Under the pieces are notes generated by a model that was given only the letters and a program-made list of their open reading frames with translations, did not search any database and was not told the DNA's origin. The translations under genes were made by a program, and so were the position numbers. DNA of 64,000 bases from Halobacteriovoraceae bacterium (lineage in GTDB: Bacteria > Bdellovibrionota > Bacteriovoracia > Bacteriovoracales > Bacteriovoracaceae): NCBI GenBank assembly GCA_963719505.1, contig CAVRCF010000005.1, positions 768,001-832,000 of the forward strand. Direction: 5' to 3'. Position 1 is the stretch's first letter. Each line of letters starts with the position of its first letter. Below are positions 19,301 to 29,470 of this stretch, one piece after another.

Positions 19301-19999
19301 ATGTTTGAAATTGCTTTATCCATTTTAACTCTGACCGCGATGGAAATTGTCCTGGGAATCGATAATATTGTTTTCATCTCAATTCTAGTGGCCCGGGTCC
19401 CAGCGGAGAAACGAGAAAGCACAAGAAAACTTGGAATCTTTCTTGCTCTTTTTATGAGGCTCATCTTATTGTTTTCTATTACATGGGTCATGCAACTTAC
19501 AACTCCTTTATTTTCAGTTTTTGAGCACACAATTTCTGGAAGAGATATTATTTTGCTCCTGGGTGGAATGTTTCTAATTGGAAAGTCGACCTTTGAGATT
19601 CACCATAAAGTTGAAGGTGAAGATGAAACGATTGATATTAACACGAAGGCAAAATCAGCCAAAACAATTCTCATTCAGATTATTCTTCTCGATGTCGTTT
19701 TCTCTTTGGACTCCGTCATTACGGCTGTTGGGATGGCAAATCAGATCTGGATTATGGTTGTGGCGATGATTGTAGCGATGGTCGTGATGTTAATATCGGC
19801 CAAGTCAATTGGCGATTTTGTTGAGAAAAATCCAACCGTTAAAATATTAGCTCTCTCATTTTTACTTCTTATTGGCGTGATGCTGGTTGCAGAAGGAATG
19901 GGCCAACATATTAGTAAAGGGTATATCTATTTTGCGATGGCTTTCTCTTTGGGTGTAGAACTTCTCAACATGCGCTATCGAAAGAAAATCCCAGAATGA
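19301..19999 (+). CDS. TerC-family membrane protein
   Basis: MEIVLGIDNIVFI, DVVFSLDSVITAVG, KGYIYFAMAFS. Confidence 0.92.
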   Translation: MFEIALSILTLTAMEIVLGIDNIVFISILVARVPAEKRESTRKLGIFLALFMRLILLFSITWVMQLTTPLFSVFEHTISGRDIILLLGGMFLIGKSTFEIHHKVEGEDETIDINTKAKSAKTILIQIILLDVVFSLDSVITAVGMANQIWIMVVAMIVAMVVMLISAKSIGDFVEKNPTVKILALSFLLLIGVMLVAEGMGQHISKGYIYFAMAFSLGVELLNMRYRKKIPE

Positions 20000-20871
20000 A
20001 AATTCTACTTCTAGTCCTGGCCACAGCAATTTGGGGGGCGGGTTTTATGGGAACACGCTGGACAATGGATGTCTACTCTCCGGTATGGTCTCACTCTTTA
20101 AGGTTTATTTTTGCGGGGTTATTCATTTTTCCTTTTATTTTATTCAATCTGAGTAAAGTCAATTGGAGAAAAGCTTTTATCTTATCCGTTCTTTTATTTA
20201 TAGGGCTTATGTTGCAAACCTATGGCATCAAATACACAACCCTAGCAAAAAGTGGCTTTATTACGACTTTCTATGCTCTTTTTACACCGGTTATTCTTGG
20301 CCTGTATTTTAAAAAGAAATTTACAAAGGGATACTGGGCTTTGGTTGCAGTAGCTCTGGTTGGGATGGCCCTTTTATGTGAACTCCACTGGACTGGGTTT
20401 AATATTGGTGATGCCTACACCCTTTTAAGTGCTCTGTTCTTCTCTTTGCACATCATAGCGGTAGATGTTTACGCAAAAGATGAGCCTCCAATTCTCATCA
20501 ATAGCGTTCAATGCTTTATCATGGGAATTATTGGGCTTGTCTATGGTCTTATTGCTGAGGGAATTCCAGACTTAGCTTATATCATCCCAGGAAATATCCA
20601 GTTCAATGAGCTCGTGTTTTATGGATTTATCATCTTAAGCCTATTTTCATCCTTGATCGCCTTCAGCATTCAGATGATCGCTCAAAAAGATATTCCGCCA
20701 CATGTCGTCAGCTTAGTTTTTCTCATGGAGTCAATTTTTGCTTCAATACTGGGGTATTATGCTTTTGGAGAAACACTCTCGACAAAAGCATTAATCGGGG
20801 CTTTTTTAATTCTTTCATCAGTAGCGAGTCTTAAACCATTGATGGATAGGAAATCCTTGAAGGTAAAATAG
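19996..20871 (+). CDS. DMT/EamA-family transporter
   Basis: ~10 TM; IWG, LRF, LQTYG..YTT..KSGFIT, ESIFA motifs. Confidence 0.88.
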   Translation: MKILLLVLATAIWGAGFMGTRWTMDVYSPVWSHSLRFIFAGLFIFPFILFNLSKVNWRKAFILSVLLFIGLMLQTYGIKYTTLAKSGFITTFYALFTPVILGLYFKKKFTKGYWALVAVALVGMALLCELHWTGFNIGDAYTLLSALFFSLHIIAVDVYAKDEPPILINSVQCFIMGIIGLVYGLIAEGIPDLAYIIPGNIQFNELVFYGFIILSLFSSLIAFSIQMIAQKDIPPHVVSLVFLMESIFASILGYYAFGETLSTKALIGAFLILSSVASLKPLMDRKSLKVK

Positions 20872-20983
20872 ATCATACCAATGAGTATTTCTATCTCTTT
20901 TTTCTAAGTTATAACTGTACCACCACGATTTAATAAGATAAACTTAACAATACCATTTCAATTTATAGAGGGAGAAAATTTAC

Positions 20984-22261
20984 GTGACTCAAGTAGATTC
21001 AGTGGACATTAACCATTTTACAAGCATTCTTAAACAGAAATTCATGCTCAATACCTACGTCTATTTATCTATTGTCTTATTTTTATTCTCACTCTATTTT
21101 TATTTTGTTGGGCAGCTTGTCGTTCATTCTTATTTTTCTTTTCTTTTTTTGAGTCTATTCGCTATGCTCTACTTTTCTGCTAAGAAAGGACTTTTTAGCT
21201 TTGTCACTCTTGTCCACTTACAGAATGTAATTTTAATGCTAGTCATGTCTTCAGCTTTTCTTGCCTCTGGAGGCTTGCGAGCGCCTGTTATTTTTTGGGT
21301 CCCTGTTGTTATGTATTCGACAATGAGCCTAGTTGGACGAAGAGCTATGCTTATTTGGCTCGTCGTGGGTGTCGTTATTATTTCTGCATTTCTTTTATTA
21401 GAGTTAAATGGATTTCAGTTCACTAATATTCACAACGAAGCCAATCGACATATTCTTCACTACGCACACTTTATCCTTCTTTCATTTTTTACCTTTTCTA
21501 TATGCCTATTGAATGAGAGGACCAATCAAGAGCACTCCAAGATTCAAATCAATCTCATTGAGAGAATGTATCATCAAAACAGACTTGCAAACTTGGGAGA
21601 GATCGTCGCTGGTGTGGGACATGAGGTTAATAATCCGCTGGCAATTTCTCATGGGTACATGGCAAAACTTAAAAGCCTCTTAAAAAAAGAAAACATTACA
21701 ACCCCTGAAGTTTTGGATGCCATTGAAACAATAGAGGCTTCGAATTATCGAATTATCGATATCATCAAATCTCTTCGCTCTTTTTCACGGAAGGATTCCG
21801 ACAGAAATGGAGTGACCAATATTAAAGAGATGATTGAAGAAATTGCTCATCTGGTTGAAGTTGAGTATGCGAATGAAAACATAAAGTTTACTTATCCAAA
21901 AGAGACACCACATTTTAATGTAAGAGGTAATCACTCTCAAATTCAACAAGTTCTCTTTAATCTCCTTTCAAATGCGCGAGATGCTATTGAGAAAAAGATT
22001 GAAAAGGAAATCGAGATTAAGTTAGATGAAAGCACTCCTGGAAGACTTAATATAATAGTCAAAGACAATGGAGATGGAATACCTGAAAATATCAAAGATA
22101 AGGTATTAGATCCATTTTTTACGACCAAACCAGTTAATAAGGGCACGGGACTGGGTCTGAGTATATCTCATAATCTTATTAAAGCGTTTGGCGGTAGTAT
22201 CAGTATTGAGTCTGAAGTTGGATTAGGGACGGCTGTTCAAGTATCATTTGATAAAGCATGA
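20984..22261 (+). CDS. Orphan membrane sensor histidine kinase
   Basis: ~6 TM; H-box [37 protein letters not shown]. Confidence 0.9.
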   Translation: MTQVDSVDINHFTSILKQKFMLNTYVYLSIVLFLFSLYFYFVGQLVVHSYFSFLFLSLFAMLYFSAKKGLFSFVTLVHLQNVILMLVMSSAFLASGGLRAPVIFWVPVVMYSTMSLVGRRAMLIWLVVGVVIISAFLLLELNGFQFTNIHNEANRHILHYAHFILLSFFTFSICLLNERTNQEHSKIQINLIERMYHQNRLANLGEIVAGVGHEVNNPLAISHGYMAKLKSLLKKENITTPEVLDAIETIEASNYRIIDIIKSLRSFSRKDSDRNGVTNIKEMIEEIAHLVEVEYANENIKFTYPKETPHFNVRGNHSQIQQVLFNLLSNARDAIEKKIEKEIEIKLDESTPGRLNIIVKDNGDGIPENIKDKVLDPFFTTKPVNKGTGLGLSISHNLIKAFGGSISIESEVGLGTAVQVSFDKA

Positions 22262-22369
22262 AGCTTTGTCCTAACTGTAAAACTCTCCTGTCCAATCCAA
22301 AAATTTGTAACGTAATCTTATTTTTTAATATGGGTTTTCTTTACACTTTTTAATGGATAAAATATCTAA

Positions 22370-23131
22370 ATGAAATATCAAACTGAATCTTTAAACAATA
22401 AATCAGCCCTTATTACTGGAGCCTCCTCTGGCATTGGACTCGCTTGTGCCCATTACCTTGGTCAACATGGTGTGAAGCTAAAGTTGGTGGCCAGACGCGA
22501 GGCTAAGCTCAAAGAGCTTTGCGCTCTTTACTCATGTGAATATGTTTGCGGTGATCTCAATGACGCTTCAACTCTTAAAGAGATAAAAAATAAGGGCTTC
22601 TTTTCAAGCGATATCGTTATTAATAATGCAGGCTTAGCTTTAGGAAAAGATGACTTTGCTCAAATAACAGATGAAGATATGGATCAAGTTATCCATACTA
22701 ATATTCAAGCAGCTTTTAAGATAGCAAAGTATTCTATAAAGGAGATGACCGATCGATCCTCTGGAGATCTTATCAATATTTGTTCTATCGCCTCTCATGA
22801 AGCCTACAAAGGAGGAGCGGTTTACTGCGCAAGTAAACATGCTCTTTTAGCTCTTGGAAAGTCTCTTCGCGAAGAAACTTTTGGTCAAAATATTAGGATT
22901 ATTAGTATTTCTCCCGGTCTCGTTGAGACTGAGTTTTCAAAAGTTCGCTTCAAAAGAGATGAAGAAAAAGCCTCTAAGGTCTATACCGGTATGGTCCCTC
23001 TTCTTCCTGAGGATATCGCTTGGCAAATTGTCCACGCTCTTCAAACTCCTCGGCATGTGAACATTGATGAAATTATTGTCCTGGCCACAGATCAGGCAGG
23101 GGCAACAAAAGTAAAGCGCGATACAATTTAA
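22370..23131 (+). CDS. SDR oxidoreductase (YdfG-like)
   Basis: TGASSGIG, NNAGLALG, YCASK, PGLVETEFS. Confidence 0.88.
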   Translation: MKYQTESLNNKSALITGASSGIGLACAHYLGQHGVKLKLVARREAKLKELCALYSCEYVCGDLNDASTLKEIKNKGFFSSDIVINNAGLALGKDDFAQITDEDMDQVIHTNIQAAFKIAKYSIKEMTDRSSGDLINICSIASHEAYKGGAVYCASKHALLALGKSLREETFGQNIRIISISPGLVETEFSKVRFKRDEEKASKVYTGMVPLLPEDIAWQIVHALQTPRHVNIDEIIVLATDQAGATKVKRDTI

Positions 23132-23198
23132 CTTCGACAATAATGCCTTAAGCTAATAAAATTTTGCTTCATCTGGCATATTCCCTTAAAATATTCCT

Positions 23199-24458
23199 AT
23201 GAATAAACGAAATTTATCACTCCTTTTGGCCATCATAGCTGGTGAAGCCATTTTTATGCTTCCCTTTTTAGTCCCTAGACTCTACAGGCCTCTCATTCTT
23301 GAGACTTGGAGCTTAACCAATACAGATATAGGCCTGGCCTTTAGCGCTTACGGTTTTAGTGCAATGATCTCTTATATTATAGGTGGTCCTTTTGCCGACA
23401 AGTATCATCCTCGATATCTAATGGCCTCATCACTAGCTTTGACTTCTCTTGGTGGCTTTTCTCTTATCTTCTTTCATTCTCCAGTAAATTTAATCTTTAT
23501 CTATTTTATGTTTGGAATATCCACCACACTTCTTATGTGGGGAGCTCTTATTAAACTTACCCATCAAATAGGAGGAGAAGATAAGAGGGCCAGTGCCATG
23601 GGTACTCTCGATGCTGGACGGGGCCTTGCCGCAGCTGTCATGAGCTCTTTAATCATATTTGTCATTGCAATTTTTGTTAGTGAGACTGATACGAATTCAA
23701 ATGAAACTTCTCTATCAATCATTTATGGTTTTATTGCCAGCTCAAATATCCTCGTTGCACTTCTTCTTGTCTATGGACTTCGCGATCTAAAATTTTCCAA
23801 ACAAAACTCTTCAAAGTGGAGTTTGAAAGAGTCAGTTGAAGTCCTAAAGCGTTTTGATATTTGGTTATTAGGTATTATTATTTTGAGCTCTTATTGTGGT
23901 TACAAGTCCGTTGATAATTACTCTATCTACCTTGTTGATATCTTAAATTTCAATTTAAAAGAGTCGAGCTATTTTACTTCCCTGATCTTTTGGTTAAGAC
24001 CTATCAGTGCTTTTGCAGCTGGGTTTTTAGCTGACTCTTTTGGAAAAAAGATTAAAGGCGGACGTTTTTTAAACCTCTTTATTTTATTAATGATCGCATC
24101 TGTTCTTCAATTTTTAATGGCTACTAATATTCAATCACTAACCTATCTTATTTTGTTCATTGTCCTCGTCTCCTCAGCTCTAAGCTACGCTCTTCGAGCA
24201 ATCTATTTTGCCGTCTTTGGCGATCTCAATATTCCAAGTTATCTTATCGGAACTACTGTAGGAATTGTTTCATTGGTGGGCTTTCTTCCAGACATCTTTT
24301 TTGGATCTCTAACAGGCTACCTCATTGATAATTACCAAGGATTCGTGGGTTATAATTATGTCTTTATCTTTACAGGATCGGCTATGCTTGTTGGAAGTCT
24401 CTGTTCATTTACTTGTTACGTAAGATGTAAAAATAGAGAAAAGTCTCTCGTTGAATGA
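23199..24458 (+). CDS. MFS transporter
   Basis: ~12 TM; GGPFADK and AGFLAD motif A copies. Confidence 0.88.
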   Translation: MNKRNLSLLLAIIAGEAIFMLPFLVPRLYRPLILETWSLTNTDIGLAFSAYGFSAMISYIIGGPFADKYHPRYLMASSLALTSLGGFSLIFFHSPVNLIFIYFMFGISTTLLMWGALIKLTHQIGGEDKRASAMGTLDAGRGLAAAVMSSLIIFVIAIFVSETDTNSNETSLSIIYGFIASSNILVALLLVYGLRDLKFSKQNSSKWSLKESVEVLKRFDIWLLGIIILSSYCGYKSVDNYSIYLVDILNFNLKESSYFTSLIFWLRPISAFAAGFLADSFGKKIKGGRFLNLFILLMIASVLQFLMATNIQSLTYLILFIVLVSSALSYALRAIYFAVFGDLNIPSYLIGTTVGIVSLVGFLPDIFFGSLTGYLIDNYQGFVGYNYVFIFTGSAMLVGSLCSFTCYVRCKNREKSLVE

Positions 24459-24555
24459 GAGCAGTAAAGTAATAAAACACAAGAGAGTGAGTCGATAGAA
24501 TCTTTGAGAGTAACTTTATGTAAAAGAGAGGCGAACTATCTCTCCTCAGTATTAA

Positions 24556-24771
24556 TTAATACTCACAAGTAACGTCACTGGCTGCACTTTGAGCTAGACG
24601 CTGATCCCAATCTTTCCTGTCACTAAACGATTCACTCAACTTGTTAAATAAACAGCGACTTAATTTAGAAACTGAAACAGGTCCTGATGGCTCACCATTA
24701 ATTTCTTCAACACAGGAAATCGTCTCTTCTCGACAAAAACAAACAAACTCTTTTCTTAATTCACTCATCAT
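24556..24771 (-). CDS. Small hypothetical protein
   Basis: Non-overlapping ORF with an AAGGGGAG RBS. Confidence 0.45.
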   Translation of the reverse strand: MMSELRKEFVCFCREETISCVEEINGEPSGPVSVSKLSRCLFNKLSESFSDRKDWDQRLAQSAASDVTCEY

Positions 24772-24852
24772 TCTCCCCTTTCAGATAATCTTAGCCTAGA
24801 CATAAAATCTTTCAAGTTAATTTAAAAATTTAATTTGTGATGGCTTATTAAT

Positions 24853-25755
24853 TTAGTTTTTAATATTATCAGAAATTAATTTTCGAAACCACCTATTTTT
24901 TTCAACCTTGTCATCAACCAAACTCCAATGGCAGTAAAAGCTTAGGGTTAATTTAGAATCAATATCTCTTTCCATTTTAAGGTTCTTATACCTTTTGACT
25001 AATTTCTCTATTGGTTTAGGTAGAATGGCAACGAGTTGACAATTGTGTTCAATAAGCTCAAGAAGAGAAGCTATAGAGTTACAACTCATAGTTTTTCTTC
25101 TTAGTTTTTTTTCTTTAAAATGGGAATCAAGCTCTGTCTTCCCGTTGTTATTCATAACAGACCACTTTAAGTATGTCTTTTCTTCTTTGATTTTTAAGCT
25201 TTTGTTCGATACTATTACGTATTGATATTCTATTAGTTTTCTCTGTTTTACGTTCGGTATCGGTAGTTTTGTGCCCGCAATAATCAGATCGTAGATAGGT
25301 TGTTCAGAGTCGAGTAAAACAGAGTTAGACTTTAAATCTTTAAGTGAATTTATCCTTAAGCTATGGCTTTTATTAAATCGTCTTAGCAGTTTCAAAATGT
25401 GTGATCCCCAAGCAATTTCAAATAACTCTGAACAGTAAATGACAAATTCTTCCGCCTGCGTAGTAGGGTTAAAAGAAGTCTCAAAAGCCTGTAGATCTTC
25501 AATCTCATTAAATATTTTTCTTATCATTGGATGGAGTGTAATCGATGTATTTGTTGCTTTAATTCCTGATTTACTCGTAATAAAAAGTTCATCATTGAAG
25601 ACTTTTCTAAGTTTTTTTAAAGACAAAGACATCGCTGGTTGGGATATATTCGCAAGATTAGAAGCCGATGTGACAGAGTCTGCTCTAATAAGGCAAAGAA
25701 AGTGTTTCAAAAGATTAAGGTCGTAATTTGGGAGCTTTTTTAAATCTTGTGTCAT
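24853..25755 (-). CDS. LysR-family transcriptional regulator
   Basis: YDLNLL...SVTSAS..ISQPAMSLSLKKLR..F.DELF HTH. Confidence 0.88.
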   Translation of the reverse strand: MTQDLKKLPNYDLNLLKHFLCLIRADSVTSASNLANISQPAMSLSLKKLRKVFNDELFITSKSGIKATNTSITLHPMIRKIFNEIEDLQAFETSFNPTTQAEEFVIYCSELFEIAWGSHILKLLRRFNKSHSLRINSLKDLKSNSVLLDSEQPIYDLIIAGTKLPIPNVKQRKLIEYQYVIVSNKSLKIKEEKTYLKWSVMNNNGKTELDSHFKEKKLRRKTMSCNSIASLLELIEHNCQLVAILPKPIEKLVKRYKNLKMERDIDSKLTLSFYCHWSLVDDKVEKNRWFRKLISDNIKN

Positions 25756-25851
25756 ATGCCCTGCTTATAGATAAGTATTTATTTTATATATTATATTAAT
25801 GATTAAAACTCTGTCATGATAAATAATCTTAACTATGACAAAGGATACTTC

Positions 25852-26451
25852 ATGCAAAGAATAATGCCTCTTCTAATAACACTTTTTATCTGCAATTTCG
25901 CTAGGGCTGGTAGCTTAACTGTTGCCTCAGACATTGCACAGCCAATATTCGCTAGTGGCTGGAATGTGAATGCCTATTATATTTTCGAAAATAAACTTAT
26001 ACTCTCATGGTCACACGGTGCTGATTTGAAAATCAATCCGGGAGATGAAATTGCATCTGACGAGATTGAAGATCAAAATGTAGAGCTAAAAGTCAATTAT
26101 ACAACAGGCCCAGAGGTTGGATACTCATTTTCTGACATTTTTGATGTAAGATTAGATTTTAAAATTCATCAAGCAGATTTTAAGTTTAGATCGAATGGAG
26201 AAAAAACAGATTATGAACTCTACACAGTAGGTCCAGCCGTTACCTACCACTGGTATCCATTCTCCGACAATAAAGGCTTTGTTGTAAATACATCTGCTAG
26301 ATACTGGTTCTATGCTGGAGATACTTTGTCTGGAGGAGACTTTAAGTACATCGATTCTAATGGGCAAACTCAAAAGCATGATCCAGAAAAGACAGCGCAA
26401 GGTAGTGCTACAGGTTTAGGTTTTAATATTTCACTTGGTTGGACATTTTAA
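25852..26451 (+). CDS. Small outer membrane beta-barrel protein
   Basis: Signal peptide, alternating strands, C-terminal SLGWTF; divergent from LysR. Confidence 0.65.
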   Translation: MQRIMPLLITLFICNFARAGSLTVASDIAQPIFASGWNVNAYYIFENKLILSWSHGADLKINPGDEIASDEIEDQNVELKVNYTTGPEVGYSFSDIFDVRLDFKIHQADFKFRSNGEKTDYELYTVGPAVTYHWYPFSDNKGFVVNTSARYWFYAGDTLSGGDFKYIDSNGQTQKHDPEKTAQGSATGLGFNISLGWTF

Positions 26452-26699
26452 ACTATAGGTAGATGAATTTTAGACCTATCTTTTTATACCTTTGAGTCAA
26501 GGCTGAAAATAATATTTTGATAGGTCATTTTTCCACAGTGCATGGTAGAAAGAAGCCTTACAAAACTTTAAGTATTATATTGATTGAGCAAGCGCATCGA
26601 GAAAAATTTCTCTCTCTTTTTAGGGGGAAGCCTAAATAGATATGGTGAAGTCAAGTTACAAGAAAAATTATTCTAATGTTTATTAAAGCAGAGCGACCT

Positions 26700-27635
26700 C
26701 TAGTGGGTATGAAGAAGCTTTAAATCCAAGTTAAGTTCTTTCATTAAGGATCTAATATACTTTTTATCTTTGTGTTTCACTGAAATAATCTCAAAGTTTT
26801 CTAGAGAGACATTTTCGATAAAGTGTGCCTCTAAAAACCCTAACCGATACTTGTAAATCTTACTCCAAAAGTCTAATGGCTTTGTCGCTGCTAATATATC
26901 ACTTAAAATAGTTTCTTTGTTATAAGGTTCCCCCCAGGATCTAACTGAAATTCCCAGTCGAATATTTTTTATAATCTGATATGCTATGATTTTAGAATAA
27001 TGATGGGATACAAAAATTTGATTGGCGAAGTCTAATTTTAAATCAGGAGAAATAGGTTTTTCAACACTTATGTCTAGTACACCTCTTATCCAAGTGTGGC
27101 CTGCATAAAGTGACCCCCATGAGAAAGCATCTTTATTTTTAATTTTAATAATGACGTCTCCAAAGTTTTTCTCCCCGTTTAGAAAAGCCACTGAAGCAAA
27201 GACACAATCCTCTCCCGAAAAAAGACGTTGCTCTACTGGTTGAGTAGTGCTTGGTTTTACGCCCAATTTAGTTGGACTCACAAGTCCTTTCCCAGATTTC
27301 AAAATAAGTTCAAGCTTGGATATCGAAGTTCTGTGAATAATAGGGGGAAATAATTTTTCGCTAATAATCCATACGAGCAGCTTTTCATCGTTAGACAAAG
27401 GAAAAAGTTTTTTTTCATATCGCTCTATATTCTTCTTTGAAATTGTCGTGAATACAGATTTTAAGAGGTTGACCGAAGACATTTCTTTTTCAGAATTCAG
27501 TGTATTGTTCGCAGCAATTTCTCTTACAATAGGTGCCCCACACCTCCATCTATCTGGCATATAGGCTTTGTCAGTACTTTCACACGAAGTATTGATAAAA
27601 GAAAACGCGGCAAAAATAAAATAAAAAGTCTTCAT
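26700..27635 (-). CDS. Lipoprotein of unknown function with ART-like motifs
   Basis: Lipobox NTSC; HRT..KL..ILKSG.GLVS, DCVFAS, FGDVII and FLEAH motifs. Confidence 0.5.
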   Translation of the reverse strand: MKTFYFIFAAFSFINTSCESTDKAYMPDRWRCGAPIVREIAANNTLNSEKEMSSVNLLKSVFTTISKKNIERYEKKLFPLSNDEKLLVWIISEKLFPPIIHRTSISKLELILKSGKGLVSPTKLGVKPSTTQPVEQRLFSGEDCVFASVAFLNGEKNFGDVIIKIKNKDAFSWGSLYAGHTWIRGVLDISVEKPISPDLKLDFANQIFVSHHYSKIIAYQIIKNIRLGISVRSWGEPYNKETILSDILAATKPLDFWSKIYKYRLGFLEAHFIENVSLENFEIISVKHKDKKYIRSLMKELNLDLKLLHTH

Positions 27636-28660
27636 ACAGAAGCTAAATAAAGTGGATGAAAGTTTTTATCTAGTCTTTCACAACCGGGAAAAGGCAGCCT
27701 TTTACTCTCATGAAACGTTCTTGCATCAAGAAAAATAATTCCCTCTGATGAAAGAATCATAAACTTATCTTTAGAGGATTTAACATCAATAGGATTTACA
27801 AAACTTTTCGTTGATATTATTTTATTTGAATCAGAAAGTAAGTAGACACTATTACCAGCTGGGTTTATGGCGCAACTCGTACTAGTCTTTTGATTTGTTG
27901 ATAGCCAAAAAAGATAAGGAATTTTAGTTTTTCTACTACTTTGCACAGGTATAAGATTTTTAGATTTATCAATTTGCATAATCGGCAGATATTTAGCACT
28001 GCTCGCATCAGAAAATCCACCAACGACTTCAAATCCATTGTTTCTTCTTCTAAATATGTGTCCTGCTTCTAGCTTACCGTGTTCAAATTTTTTGATCGAT
28101 ATTTGTTTTGTCTCTAAATTCAAATTTAGTATACCCGAACTGTTTGCTTCAGAAATACAAATAAGAATATTCTTTTTGTTTTTGGATAAGATGGACATGT
28201 GGAGAAGATAGGATGAGCTTAAATTGATATCGGCAATTTTTTTTAAGCTGGCAGATTCATAGAGACGTAAGAGATTGGAACCTTTTTCTTTTAGGGGTGC
28301 TAAGACCAACCCTTTAGCGTAATCAATTGAACAATGGCCATAAAAAGTCGATTCTTTATCTGCGATATGACTTGTTATTTTTAACAGCTCTTTATCCCAA
28401 ACAGCTATATTTTCTCCATCCTTTTCTACTAAGAGAATTTTTTTCTCATCAACTTTTAGAATTTGATGAGGCTTGAAGGGTAATTTATAACTGTTGTGTT
28501 TATAGGTATCTGCATGATAGAAATTCAGATAAAAATCTCTTCCAAGTTGAGTCACGTATACAACCTCAAAACTATTTTTCCGATTCTTTGCCCTAGTTTG
28601 AAAGAAATAGCTAGATGAGAAAAATAGAATTATAATCTTGAAAAAGTATCGCCTATCCAT
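27632..28660 (-). CDS. Tat-exported beta-propeller protein (DUF1513-like)
   Basis: MDRRYFFK twin-arginine signal after an AGGAG RBS; PHQI and FYGHC motifs; repeated beta strands. Confidence 0.55.
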   Translation of the reverse strand: MDRRYFFKIIILFFSSSYFFQTRAKNRKNSFEVVYVTQLGRDFYLNFYHADTYKHNSYKLPFKPHQILKVDEKKILLVEKDGENIAVWDKELLKITSHIADKESTFYGHCSIDYAKGLVLAPLKEKGSNLLRLYESASLKKIADINLSSSYLLHMSILSKNKKNILICISEANSSGILNLNLETKQISIKKFEHGKLEAGHIFRRRNNGFEVVGGFSDASSAKYLPIMQIDKSKNLIPVQSSRKTKIPYLFWLSTNQKTSTSCAINPAGNSVYLLSDSNKIISTKSFVNPIDVKSSKDKFMILSSEGIIFLDARTFHESKRLPFPGCERLDKNFHPLYLASV

Positions 28661-28769
28661 CCTTACTCCTATCATTCTTTGAATACTCAAAATACATTTT
28701 TACAATTAGCCCTTATAATTATTTACATAGAAAACGTATAAGTAAATAAAATAATAAGTGTAGGGAAAA

Positions 28770-28800
28770 TTAAAAAAGCCAAGTACGAATACCTGGCTTT
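28770..28800 (-). terminator. Rho-independent terminator after the displaced tRNA 3' fragment
   Basis: Minus strand AAAGCCAGGTA-TTCG-TACTTGGC followed by a T run. Confidence 0.7.
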
Positions 28801-28807
28801 ATATTTT

Positions 28808-28819
28808 ATGGAGGAGACA
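28808..28819 (-). repeat. 12-bp copy of the tRNA-Cys 3' end (att-like direct repeat)
   Basis: ATGGAGGAGACA is identical to 34984-34995. Confidence 0.65.
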
Positions 28820-28953
28820 CCTTAAGCTGAAACTGGAGCTTTACAGTTCAAACCCTACGCAGTTACAGAGACTTAACAGCTTGAAGTTCCAATTTGGAAC
28901 CTCAAATAAAAAATTACATTGTAAGTATACTGTAATTGTGATAGGATTGTTTG

Positions 28954-29241
28954 ATGAAGTTTGAATGGGACGAGAAGAAGAACAAATCTAATATTAAGAA
29001 GCACTCTGTTTCATTTGATGAAGCAAAGACAGTTTTTTACAGTGATCAGGCCATAATATTTAATGATCCTGAGCACTCAAGTGAAGAAGATCGCTTTATT
29101 ATCGTAGGCTTTAGCTCTATTGGTAAACTCCTTCTATCCTGTTTCTGTGAAAAATGTGAGGGAGATATTATTAGAATTATTTCAGCAAGAAAGCTCACTA
29201 AAAATGAATCAAAGAACTTTTCTAAAGGTGGTTTAAAATGA
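28954..29241 (+). CDS. brnT: BrnT-family toxin (type II TA RNase)
   Basis: FEWDEKKN..N.KKH.VSFDEA..VF...EDRF..VG...IRIISARK. Confidence 0.9.
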   Translation: MKFEWDEKKNKSNIKKHSVSFDEAKTVFYSDQAIIFNDPEHSSEEDRFIIVGFSSIGKLLLSCFCEKCEGDIIRIISARKLTKNESKNFSKGGLK

Positions 29242-29462
29242 AAAAAGAATATGATTTCTCAAAAATGAAAGGACGCAAAAATCCTTATGCAAAAAAATTG
29301 AAAAAACAGATTACAATTAGACTTGATGAACCAGTTATTGAATACTTTAAGAAGTTAGCAGAAGAGAACGATATATCTTATCAGACTCTAATAAATCTAT
29401 ACCTTAAAGATTGTGCAAATTCAGAGAAGAAGTTGGTAACGAAATGGTTGTCAGCGTCTTAA
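29238..29462 (+). CDS. brnA: BrnA-family antitoxin
   Basis: EYDFS...KQITIRLD..VIEYFK....YQTLIN; ATGA overlap with the toxin. Confidence 0.88.
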   Translation: MKKEYDFSKMKGRKNPYAKKLKKQITIRLDEPVIEYFKKLAEENDISYQTLINLYLKDCANSEKKLVTKWLSAS

Positions 29463-29470
29463 TCAAAATA

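Noticed and set aside
26331-26340. TGGAGGAGAC match to the tRNA-Cys 3' end as a second att site
   Set aside because: Only 10 bp, inside an intact CDS (encoding GGD), with no terminator; it shows that such short matches can occur by chance
26452-26699. 248-bp intergenic region as an sRNA or gene remnant
   Set aside because: Only a weak hairpin; no recognisable ORF or RNA motif
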